64,000 nucleotides of DNA from Acidobacteriota bacterium (lineage in GTDB: Bacteria; Acidobacteriota; UBA6911; RPQK01; JAJDTT01). Below are positions 50,198-58,850 of the stretch, in pieces. Position numbers and translations under genes: made by a program. The notes beneath the pieces are model-generated. The model worked only from the letters and a program-made list of their open reading frames with translations. It had not been told where the DNA came from and did no database searches. Positions within the stretch are counted from its first letter, which is position 1; the number at the start of each line of letters is the position of its first letter. The DNA is taken from NCBI GenBank assembly GCA_965209055.1, contig OZ242374.1, forward strand, positions 4,832,001 to 4,896,000. The letters run 5' to 3'.

Positions 50198-52447
50198 GTG
50201 CCTCAACCAAAGCATTACGCACACAGTGCGGAATCGGCTGCGCGAAACCGGTGGCACCCGCTGGCGAAGCATTTGGAAGACACGGCAGCGACCGCAAAAG
50301 AATTTCTCGCACCTGTGGTTGGAGGGGAATTCGGGTTCGCAGCCGGTCTACTACACGACCTTGGCAAGTACGCGCCGCGATTCCAGCGACGGCTCGACGG
50401 CGCAGGCCGTGTTGACCACGCCACGGCTGGCGCCAAAAAGGCGATCGGGCGTTACGGGGAGCTTCGCGGCAAAATGTTGGCATTCTGTATTGCCGGTCAT
50501 CATGCCGGCCTCGCCAACGGTGTGAATGGCCACAAAATCTCCGCCCTGGCAGACCGGCTCCAGAAGCAGGTTCCACGACTCGACCCGGTGTGGAACGAGG
50601 AGATCACATTTCCAGACTTACCAATACCATCCCTTAAGGCGCGTGATCGGGACAGCGCGGCCTTTTCCGCCTCCTTCTTCATCCGCATGGTGTTCTCCGC
50701 TCTTGTGGACGCGGACTTCCTGGACACGGAGGCGTACTACAATGCGCTGGCAGGAACTTCGAAGGCACGCGGGCAGCACCCGGAACTGCGAGAGTTGTCC
50801 GGGCGTCTCGATACATATCTCCAAACGCTTGGGTTGAGCGCAGAGCCCAGTGACGTGAACAGGCTGCGTCAAGAGGTGCTGATTTACGCCCGGAAGCAGG
50901 CAGCAAAGCCACCGGGCCTGTTCACTCTGACCGTTCCCACGGGAGGCGGCAAGACGCTGACCTCCCTTTCCTTCGCCCTGGACCACGCCGCGCGCCACGG
51001 GCTTGCGCGGGTCATCTACGTAATCCCTTACATGAGCATCATCGAACAGACGGCCGCCGTGTTTCGCGAGGCGCTCCGCGACGGCCCGACCGGTGCAGCG
51101 GACTTCGTTGTCGAACATCACAGCACCTTCGAAGATTGGCCCTATAGTCGGGAGGCGAAGGAAAAGCTGTTCCTGGCGATGGAAAACTGGGACGCCCCCA
51201 TCATCGTCACCACGGCCGTACAATTCTTTGAGAGCCTGTTCGCAAACCGCCCCGCACGCTGCCGCAAGTTGCACAACATCGCAAACAGCGTCATTGTCCT
51301 GGACGAAGCACAGACCCTGCCCTTGAAATATCTGCGTCCCTGCGTTGCCGCCCTCGACGAGTTGGCCCGTAACTGGCACGCGAGTGTCGTGCTCTGCACG
51401 GCTACACAGCCAGCCCTGGCAGAAACCTCCGGCTTCCGTGGAGGCCTGGAGAACCTGCGCGAGTTGGCCCCCGAGCCTCAGCTTCTCTACCAAACCCTGA
51501 AGCGCACACAGATTCGTAGTGTGGGACGGCTGGGCGACGCCGTACTCGCAGAACGGTTGCGTGATTCGCCGCAAGTCCTGTGCATCGTTAACACTCGGCG
51601 CCACGCCCGCGAGCTGTACGAAGCGCTCGGGGACATCGAGAACACCTTTCATCTGACCACCCTGATGTGTGCACACCATCGAAGGGAGCGACTCGACAGA
51701 GTACGTGTGCTCCTGAAGGAGGGGGCACCGGTGCGATTAGTCGCTACATCTCTCATCGAGGCCGGGGTCGATGTGGACTTCCCTGTCGTCTGGCGAGCAG
51801 AAGCGGGGTTGGAGTCGATTATCCAAGCCGCCGGACGGTGTAACCGCGAAGGTCGAGTACCCCTCGCTGACGTGTTCGTGTTCGAGCCGGAAGAAGGGGA
51901 AGGGCGCAAGCCCCCACCAGAGATCTGCCAGTTCGCAGCAGCGGCGCGTAGCGTCCTGAGCCGCCACGACGATCCCATGTCCCTGACGTCCATCGACGAC
52001 TACTTCCGGGAACTCTACTGGAGCAAGGGCAAAGATGCACTCGACGCCAAACACATCCTTCGGCAGCTACGTGAGCGTCGAACAACCCTAGACTTCCCCT
52101 TTGAGACTATCGCCCGGGAGTTTCGGTTGATCGAGACAGCCATGGAACCAGTGATTGTCCCCTATCGTGGCGCCAACTGCGACGCCCCAACCGTCGATCG
52201 CCTCCTCGAAAATCTGAAGTGGGTCGAGCGCCCGGGCCACATCGCACGCCTGCTTCAGCCCTATGTCGTAAATGTCCCATCTTCGGCAAGGGTGTCGCTG
52301 CTACGCGCCGGCGCCGCGCGGATCGTCCGGGAAGCCGATTTTGGTATGCAGTTTGTAGTTTTGACCAATATCGACCTTTACCACGAGGAACTTGGCTTGA
52401 TTTGGGATGATCCCACGTTCCTTAAGTTGGAAAGTCTTCTCATGTGA
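50198..52447 (+). CDS. cas3: Cas3 HD nuclease-helicase (type I-C)
   Basis: HL..., LHDLGK, GHH, SALVDAD, PTGGGKT, DEAQ, IEAGVDVDF and QAAGRCNREG. Confidence 0.96.
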   Translation: MPQPKHYAHSAESAARNRWHPLAKHLEDTAATAKEFLAPVVGGEFGFAAGLLHDLGKYAPRFQRRLDGAGRVDHATAGAKKAIGRYGELRGKMLAFCIAGHHAGLANGVNGHKISALADRLQKQVPRLDPVWNEEITFPDLPIPSLKARDRDSAAFSASFFIRMVFSALVDADFLDTEAYYNALAGTSKARGQHPELRELSGRLDTYLQTLGLSAEPSDVNRLRQEVLIYARKQAAKPPGLFTLTVPTGGGKTLTSLSFALDHAARHGLARVIYVIPYMSIIEQTAAVFREALRDGPTGAADFVVEHHSTFEDWPYSREAKEKLFLAMENWDAPIIVTTAVQFFESLFANRPARCRKLHNIANSVIVLDEAQTLPLKYLRPCVAALDELARNWHASVVLCTATQPALAETSGFRGGLENLRELAPEPQLLYQTLKRTQIRSVGRLGDAVLAERLRDSPQVLCIVNTRRHARELYEALGDIENTFHLTTLMCAHHRRERLDRVRVLLKEGAPVRLVATSLIEAGVDVDFPVVWRAEAGLESIIQAAGRCNREGRVPLADVFVFEPEEGEGRKPPPEICQFAAAARSVLSRHDDPMSLTSIDDYFRELYWSKGKDALDAKHILRQLRERRTTLDFPFETIAREFRLIETAMEPVIVPYRGANCDAPTVDRLLENLKWVERPGHIARLLQPYVVNVPSSARVSLLRAGAARIVREADFGMQFVVLTNIDLYHEELGLIWDDPTFLKLESLLM

Positions 52448-52489
52448 ATACTCTACAATCTCGCACACATTAGGATGATTTTCTACTAC

Positions 52490-52518
52490 ATGCACGAAGA
52501 ACAAAAATATGCCATACT
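52490..52518 (+). promoter_or_regulatory. Putative promoter of the mini-array/hicA transcript
   Basis: ATGCAC (52490-95), 17 bp, CATACT (52513-18) with extended TGn; implied start site is near the first pseudo-repeat. Confidence 0.45.
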
Positions 52519-52525
52519 TCCGAGT

Positions 52526-52624
52526 GTCGTTGGCCGACGAGAGCCAACGCGGGTTGAAACGTGCAAGTGGTGCGTTTGGTCGCAACGAGTCGTCCCCGGC
52601 TGCTCCGGGGGCGCGGATTATCCG
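52526..52624 (+). CRISPR. Single-spacer mini-array with degenerate type I-C repeats (crRNA-like regulatory RNA candidate)
   Basis: GTCGTTGGCCGACGAGAGCCAACGCGGGTTGAAAC, then a 28-nt spacer, then GTCGTCCCCGGCTGCTCCGGGGGCGCGGATTATCCG. Both units keep the GTCG start, a hairpin and the CG-YGGRTT 3' part of the array repeat. Confidence 0.8.
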
Positions 52625-52672
52625 GTAGGACAACGAGGAAAGTGGATTTAGACCCAGCAGCCGGAATTTGCC

Positions 52673-52879
52673 GTGAAGGTTCGCGATGTCATACGCACGC
52701 TCAAGCAGCATGGGTTCCGATTGGACCGTCAATCCGGAAGCCACAGGCTGTTCGAAGGTGTGGCCGGCGGACGCCGCCGCATAGTGCCGGTACCCGGAAA
52801 GGATGGCGACGACGTTCGTGTAGGTACGTTGTCAGCAATCCGACGGCAATCCGGTCTGCCAAAGGCGCTGTTCCGCTAG
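52673..52879 (+). CDS. hicA: HicA-family mRNA interferase toxin
   Basis: KVRDVIRTLKQHGFRLDRQSGSHRLF...VPVP...GTLSAIRRQSGL. Confidence 0.9.
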   Translation: MKVRDVIRTLKQHGFRLDRQSGSHRLFEGVAGGRRRIVPVPGKDGDDVRVGTLSAIRRQSGLPKALFR

Positions 52880-53208
52880 GTAATCGCAGGAAGTTTATGG
52901 TGGAAGGAACGACCCTGAAAACAACCGGCCGCGCCTGGAACTCGAGACAACCACGTCATGAACGCGAGTTTTGCGCGAAGGTGCCATGGGGACTTGCGTG
53001 CCAAGAAATGGCTTTGTTCTTGGACCGGCAACTCGGCAACCCTCTCCAAGTAAAGTTCGATACAGACGGCGAGCGATTTCTTGACTTCGTCCAGAGACGG
53101 CGCGAACGTTGCGACATCCAAGTCGATGCAGATCGCTTCCCAATCATCACCGGAGGGGTACGCATAGCATTTGAGGTCAAGGGTCACATTCGACTCCCTG
53201 GGTTCCAT
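52876..53208 (-). CDS. HicB-like protein lacking an obvious DNA-binding domain, convergent with hicA
   Basis: YPSGDDWEAICIDLDVATFAPSLDEVKKSLAVCIELYLE matches the HicB N-terminal pattern. Alternative GTG start at 53187 after GGGAG. Confidence 0.65.
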   Translation of the reverse strand: MEPRESNVTLDLKCYAYPSGDDWEAICIDLDVATFAPSLDEVKKSLAVCIELYLERVAELPVQEQSHFLARKSPWHLRAKLAFMTWLSRVPGAAGCFQGRSFHHKLPAIT

Positions 53209-53294
53209 ATGGTAAAGGGAGGCATCTACCATCAAAATACCAAAGGATGGCACCATATGCACGGAGTCGCAGCCCACGACGCCGAGAGGACCTT

Positions 53295-53966
53295 ATGCCA
53301 TACGGAGTGAAGTTGCACATTTGGGGTGACTACGCCTGCTTCACGCGACCCGAAATGAAGGTTGAGCGGGTGTCGTACGACGTGATAACACCTTCCGCGG
53401 CGCGCGGGGTCGTCGAAGCGATTCATTGGAAACCGGCCATCCGCTGGATGATCGACCGCATCCACGTCTTAAAACCGATCCGCTTTGAGAACCTCCGCCG
53501 CAACGAGTTGGGTCGAAAGATTCCAGCAGGCAGTGTCCTTCGGGCGATGAAACAAGGCAAGACGGAGGGACTTTACACCCTGATTGAGGACAACCGCCAG
53601 CAGCGGGCCACGACCCTGTTGCGCGACGTGGCCTACGTTATCGAAGCGCACTTCGTCCTCACTGAGGCCGCGACGTCTTGCGACACCGCAGCCAAGCATC
53701 TGTCCATGTTTAACCGACGTGCTTCCAAGGGCCAGTGCTTTCACCGACCCTATCTCGGTACCCGTGAATTCGCCGCCAACTTCGCGCCAGTGGAGGGCAT
53801 GATGCCAAAGTCAACGCTGCCTACCACTCAACAGGATCTCGATTTGGGCTGGATGTTGTACGACATCGACTTTGAAGATGATCGGTCCCCCCGTTTTTTC
53901 CGCGCCAAGCTGCAAAATGGCGTGATGGACGTGCCGCCGCTGGACTCCGAGGAAGTCAGGGCGTGA
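53295..53966 (+). CDS. cas5c: Cas5c (Cas5d), type I-C
   Basis: WGDYACFTRPEMKVERVSYDVITPSAARG, RRNE, LRDVAY and PYLGTREF. Confidence 0.96.
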   Translation: MPYGVKLHIWGDYACFTRPEMKVERVSYDVITPSAARGVVEAIHWKPAIRWMIDRIHVLKPIRFENLRRNELGRKIPAGSVLRAMKQGKTEGLYTLIEDNRQQRATTLLRDVAYVIEAHFVLTEAATSCDTAAKHLSMFNRRASKGQCFHRPYLGTREFAANFAPVEGMMPKSTLPTTQQDLDLGWMLYDIDFEDDRSPRFFRAKLQNGVMDVPPLDSEEVRA

Positions 53967-55747
53967 GTATTCTTCAAGCTCTTGCCAGCCATTACAAACG
54001 CCTTCATGCAAATGGAGAAGCGCCAGATTACGGGTATTCCCGTGAGCCGGTTTCGTTTGCCATCGTGTTGTCGCCGGATGGTGAACCCGTCGATGTCATG
54101 GATTTGCGGGATCCATCAGGCAGGATGCCAAGGCCATCGCTCCGCGGGGTACCCCGACCCGTCACCCGCTCATCGAACATTGCCGCTAATTTCCTGTGGG
54201 ACAAGACCGCCTATACGCTCGGCATGAAGCGTGACCGCGACACGAAACAGCCGACGTCCGCAAGCCGCGAGCACGCTGCTTTCAGGAAGCTACACCAAGA
54301 ACTGCTCCCAGGGACAGGAGACGAGGGACTCAAAGCTCTACGCATCTTCTTGGAGCAATGGCAATCGGAGAATTACTCCAGCCTACGGCACGGAGACGAC
54401 ATGCTGGACGCGAACGTCATCTTTCGACTTGAGAGCGAACAGCGGTTCCTGCATCAGCGGCCAGCGGCACGAGGTATCTGGCAAGCCTATCTGGCAGGAA
54501 CAGACAAATCTCTAGGTCTCTGTCTTGTCTCAGGTGAGCAGGCACCGATCGAACGGCTTCACCCGAAGATCAAAGGCGTCAGAGGAGCGCAATCCTCTGG
54601 CGCGTCCATGGTCTCTTTCAACCTTGACGCCTTCGCATCGTTCGGCAAGAGGCAAGGCTCCAATGCCCCCGTGTCGAAACGAGCTGTCTTCTCCTATGCC
54701 ACCGCCCTGAACACGTTGCTGGCAAGGGACAGCGCGCGACGCATTCAGATCGGCGATGCGACGACGATCTTCTGGGCCGAGGCATCCGGCAACGAAGCGT
54801 GTGCCGCAACGGCGGAAGATTTGTTCTCGTTGCTTGCCGATCCGCCGACGGATGCGGAAGAAGCCATCAAGGTGGGAGACAAGCTCTTGGCGGTTGCGGA
54901 AGGTAAACCGCTGACCGCTGTCGAGCCAGAATTAGACGAGCACACAAGTTTCTACGTGCTTGGACTCGCTCCCAATGCGGCGCGCCTCTCGGTCCGTTTC
55001 TGGCATGTTGACAGCATCGGAGCGATTGCACGACAGATTGGCGAGCACTGGCGTGATCTGCTCATTGATCCGCTTCCCTGGACCACCCCGCCTGGCGCAT
55101 GGCGCCTGCTATACGAAACGGCCGTGCAGCGTAAATCTGAAAACATACCGCCAATCCTCGGTGGCGCGTTAATGCGTTCGATACTAACAGGTGGTCGTTA
55201 TCCCCGATCTCTACTTGCCGCCGTCGTGGCCCGAATGCGCGCCGAGGGAAACATCACGGCCCTCAGGGCAGCGATCTGTAAGGCATGTCTTGCCCGTGAC
55301 CACCGCCTGGGCTTCGAAATGGAGGATGTACCCGTGAGCCTGAACCCGGAAGAAACCAACCAAGCCTATCGCCTTGGAAGACTGTTTGCTTTGTACGAAG
55401 ACGTCCAACGTGCCGCCTTGGGCAATGTCAACTCGACGATCAAGGATCGCTATCTTGGGGCCGCTTCCGCCACCCCAGCATCGGTTTTCCCCTTGCTTGA
55501 GCGCAACTCCGCGAATCACCTTGCGACGCTCCGGAAAGGCAACAAAGGTGGTCTAGCCCATTGGTTTGAGCAACAGATCGACTCCATATTCGACGGTTTG
55601 GACGGGTCCTTTCCACGTAGTCTTCGTCTTGAGGATCAAGGACGTTTCGCGATCGGCTATCACCACCAGAGAGTCAAGAAACGAACCTCTTCAGACAAAG
55701 GAAGAGAAGGTACGGACGCCGAAACCCATGATGAGGAAGGACCATGA
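53963..55747 (+). CDS. cas8c: Cas8c/Csd1
   Basis: [46 protein letters not shown] and [11 protein letters not shown]. Confidence 0.95.
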   Translation: MSILQALASHYKRLHANGEAPDYGYSREPVSFAIVLSPDGEPVDVMDLRDPSGRMPRPSLRGVPRPVTRSSNIAANFLWDKTAYTLGMKRDRDTKQPTSASREHAAFRKLHQELLPGTGDEGLKALRIFLEQWQSENYSSLRHGDDMLDANVIFRLESEQRFLHQRPAARGIWQAYLAGTDKSLGLCLVSGEQAPIERLHPKIKGVRGAQSSGASMVSFNLDAFASFGKRQGSNAPVSKRAVFSYATALNTLLARDSARRIQIGDATTIFWAEASGNEACAATAEDLFSLLADPPTDAEEAIKVGDKLLAVAEGKPLTAVEPELDEHTSFYVLGLAPNAARLSVRFWHVDSIGAIARQIGEHWRDLLIDPLPWTTPPGAWRLLYETAVQRKSENIPPILGGALMRSILTGGRYPRSLLAAVVARMRAEGNITALRAAICKACLARDHRLGFEMEDVPVSLNPEETNQAYRLGRLFALYEDVQRAALGNVNSTIKDRYLGAASATPASVFPLLERNSANHLATLRKGNKGGLAHWFEQQIDSIFDGLDGSFPRSLRLEDQGRFAIGYHHQRVKKRTSSDKGREGTDAETHDEEGP

Positions 55748-56676
55748 ACCCGATCAAACACCGCTATGACTTCGTTTATCTGTTCGATGTCACCAACGGG
55801 AATCCGAACGGCGACCCGGACGCGGGTAACCTGCCACGTCTTGACCCGGAGACCAATCAGGGGCTGGTTTCGGATGTCTGTCTGAAGCGCAAGGTGCGTA
55901 ACTTCGTCGCCTTGACCAAGGAAGACGCACCGGGCCACGAGATCTATGTCACCGAGCGTGCCATTCTTGAACTGCAGCAAAAGCGCGCCTGGGAAGCGAT
56001 TATCCCTGAAGCCACAGCCAAAGATCGGGAAAAGCTCCCCAAGGACCAGCAGAAAGCCCGTGAGATCACACGGTGGATGTGCGCTAACTTCTTTGATGTC
56101 CGTACATTCGGTGCAGTCATGTCAACGAGGGGCGCCAACTGCGGTCAAGTGCGCGGTCCGGTCCAGTTCTCGTTCGCGCGTTCGATCGATCCGATTCTCC
56201 CTTTGGAGGTCTCCATTACACGGATGGCTGCGACCACCGAAGCCGACGCCGAGTCCAAAGGCGACATCCGCACGATGGGCCGTAAGCACATCGTCCCCTA
56301 TGGCTTGTACCGCGCTCACGGTTACGTATCCGCTTGTCTCGCCGGGGGTGCTAAGGGTACCGGCTTCTCCGAGGAAGATCTTGCACTAGTCTGGTTGGCT
56401 CTCGAACAAATGTTCGATCATGATCGATCTGCGGCCCGTGGCGAGATGGCAGCACGGAGGCTGGTCCTGTTCGAGCATGAAACCGCACTCGGCAATGCGG
56501 CCGCCCACCGGTTATTCGAGCGCGTCGCGGTCAAGCGAGCATTCGACGGTAGAGAATACGAGCCCGGCGCGCGCGATGCTCGCCATCTGCCGCCAGCACG
56601 GGCCTACACCGACTATGCGGTCCACATCGACGAGACGGATTTGCCGAACGGGATAAAGATCATAGACCGGATCTGA
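55744..56676 (+). CDS. cas7c: Cas7c/Csd2
   Basis: [44 protein letters not shown] and DRSAARG. Confidence 0.96.
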   Translation: MNPIKHRYDFVYLFDVTNGNPNGDPDAGNLPRLDPETNQGLVSDVCLKRKVRNFVALTKEDAPGHEIYVTERAILELQQKRAWEAIIPEATAKDREKLPKDQQKAREITRWMCANFFDVRTFGAVMSTRGANCGQVRGPVQFSFARSIDPILPLEVSITRMAATTEADAESKGDIRTMGRKHIVPYGLYRAHGYVSACLAGGAKGTGFSEEDLALVWLALEQMFDHDRSAARGEMAARRLVLFEHETALGNAAAHRLFERVAVKRAFDGREYEPGARDARHLPPARAYTDYAVHIDETDLPNGIKIIDRI

Positions 56677-56680
56677 ATTG

Positions 56681-57316
56681 ATGGATGCGATCGAACCTGT
56701 CGCACAAGACGAATTGGTACCGATTTCGGCCCTGCAGCACATGCTCTACTGCCCGCGACAATGTGCGCTCATCCATGTCGAGCGGCACTGAGCCGAAAAC
56801 CGCTTTACTGCCGAAGGAAGCATCTTGCACCTGCGCCCCGACGCCGGAAGGGACGAACGCCGCCGCACCATACGAATCGAGCGCAGTGTTCCCCTCCGCT
56901 CTTCTCGGCTTGGTCTTTTCGGCGTGGCCGATGTAGTCGAGATGCATGCCGGCGGACGCATCTATCCGGTGGAGTACAAGCGCGGCCGGCCCAAGACTCA
57001 TCGTGCCGACGAAGTGCAACTCTGTGCGCAGGCAATTTGTCTAGAGGAAATGCTGGATGTCCCTGTTCTGGAGGGAGCCTTGTTCTATGGCCGCAGCCGG
57101 CGCCGTAAGGTGATCGTATTCGATGCTGGGCTGCGCGCGCTCACCGAAGCCGTCGCCGCCGATACGTGGAGCATGCTCGCCGCCGGCCGGACGCCACCAG
57201 CCGAGTTCGAAGCGCGCAAGTGCAACGCCTGCTCGCTCAAGGAAGCATGTCAGCCAGAGAGCCCCCGAGGGGCAGATGTCGTCGATCGCTGGCTGAGGCG
57301 CGCCGTCGAGGGCTGA
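56681..57316 (+). pseudogene. cas4: Cas4 interrupted by an in-frame TGA at 56789-56791
   Basis: [32 protein letters not shown]...GVADVVE..PVEYKRG..QLCAQA...CNACSL..C; the stop replaces the usually conserved Trp. Confidence 0.88.
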
Positions 57317-57327
57317 TACAAAGTTCC

Positions 57328-58368
57328 ATGCGCCGTCACCTGAACACCCTGTACGTGACGACGGAAAACGCTTGGCTGCACAAGGATGGCGAGAATGCGG
57401 TGGTCAAGGTAGAGGGCTCAGAACGCGGCCGTGTACCCGTACATCTCCTCGGCGGCATCGTCTGTTTTGGTTCGATCGGACTGACGCCGCGACTGATCGG
57501 GCACTGCGCCGAACGCGGCGTTTGCATCTCACTGATGACCCGCTACGGCCGCTTTCTGGCTCGCGTCGAAGGCCCTGTCGCTGGAAACGTGCTTCTGAGG
57601 CGGAGTCAATATCGCGCCAGCGATGATGAGACCACCACCGTAACGCTGGTACGCAACTTGTTGACGGGAAAACTGCTCAATCAACGGACCGTAGTCCGGC
57701 GGGCGCTACGTGATCATGGCAAGAACATGCAGCCGGATGCACGCGCCCGCATGGAAGCCTGCGAGCGCCGACTGAGTGGTGCGGTGCGGCGCACGACTCG
57801 ATCAAAATCGACGAACGTACTGAGAGGAATCGAAGGAGACGCCGCGCGGACCTACTACAGCGTGTTCAATGATCTAGTATTGAGGACAGAATCAGCCTTC
57901 AGGTTCACAAACCGTTCGCGCCGACCGCCACTCGATCCAGTGAACGCTTTACTGTCGTTCGTTTATACCCTTCTGGTTCACGATTGCCGATCGGCCCTGG
58001 AAACTGTGGGGCTCGATCCCGCTGCGGGATTCTTGCATCGAGATCGTCCAGGTCGACCGGGCCTTGCGCTCGACCTCATGGAAGAGCTGCGGTCCGTAAT
58101 CGCTGACCGTCTGGTTCTATCGTTGATCAATCGCAAACAGATCTCGGCCAAAGATTTCACCACGGCAATCAGTGGGGCAGTCTCATTGCGAGACGATCCA
58201 CGGAAGGCGATTCTGGTCGCGTACCAAGCGCGAAAGAAAGATGAACTGACGCACCCGTTTCTCAAGGAAAAAATGATGCTCGGTATCGTCCCGTTCGTCC
58301 AAGCTACTCTGATGGCCCGGCGGTTGCGGGGTGACCTTGACGGCTATCCTCCGTTTCTCTGGAAGTAG
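57328..58368 (+). CDS. cas1: Cas1, type I-C
   Basis: LNTLYVTT, GNVLLRR, LRGIEG, RSRRPPLDPVNALLSF, GFLH, DLMEE and YPPFLWK. Confidence 0.96.
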   Translation: MRRHLNTLYVTTENAWLHKDGENAVVKVEGSERGRVPVHLLGGIVCFGSIGLTPRLIGHCAERGVCISLMTRYGRFLARVEGPVAGNVLLRRSQYRASDDETTTVTLVRNLLTGKLLNQRTVVRRALRDHGKNMQPDARARMEACERRLSGAVRRTTRSKSTNVLRGIEGDAARTYYSVFNDLVLRTESAFRFTNRSRRPPLDPVNALLSFVYTLLVHDCRSALETVGLDPAAGFLHRDRPGRPGLALDLMEELRSVIADRLVLSLINRKQISAKDFTTAISGAVSLRDDPRKAILVAYQARKKDELTHPFLKEKMMLGIVPFVQATLMARRLRGDLDGYPPFLWK

Positions 58369-58377
58369 GGGGCAACA

Positions 58378-58668
58378 ATGTTGATGCTTATCACGTACGA
58401 TATTGCCACTGGAGAATCTGGAGGACAACGACGCTTACGTCGTGTCGCTCGGCTTTGTCAGGATCTCGGACAGCGGGTTCAGTACTCAGTGTTCGAGTGC
58501 CAAGTCGACCCGGCTCAATGGGCGATACTACGTTCCCGACTCATGAACGAAATCGACGAAAATGCCGATAGTCTTCGCTTTTACAGACTCGGCTCCAATT
58601 GGCGCTCGCGCATCGAACATGTGGGAAACAAGAAGTCCTACGATCCAGATGGACCACTCGTATTCTGA
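58378..58668 (+). CDS. cas2: Cas2
   Basis: LITYDI, RRLRRVA, RVQYSVFEC and DSLRFY. Confidence 0.96.
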   Translation: MLMLITYDIATGESGGQRRLRRVARLCQDLGQRVQYSVFECQVDPAQWAILRSRLMNEIDENADSLRFYRLGSNWRSRIEHVGNKKSYDPDGPLVF

Positions 58669-58850
58669 GGATGCGCGAACCCAGAGCTCCCAAGATATTC
58701 GTAACAAGTTCGCACAGCCTGCAAATCATGATTTCGCAATACTATGGTTTGCTCGGTTGGCGCTGGAAGAGGTTTTCTTGACGTAACAGGGTCCGGTTCG
58801 CGCAATCGGGTCAATTTCGCCTGTTTTTCAAATCAGATAGAGTGGCTGCG
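58669..58850 (+). promoter_or_regulatory. CRISPR leader
   Basis: Relatively AT-rich region between cas2 and the first repeat; inverted motif TGCGCGAACC ... GGTTCGCGCA. Confidence 0.8.

Noticed and set aside
52561-53310. 249-aa ORF spanning the mini-array and hicA
   Set aside because: Starts in the spacer, overlaps hicA and the hicB-like gene, and has no recognisable motifs.
56789-56791. TGA recoding (Trp or Sec) in cas4
   Set aside because: TGA is used as a normal stop in neighbouring genes (cas3, cas5c, cas8c, cas7c, cas2), and the position is a Trp site, not Cys.
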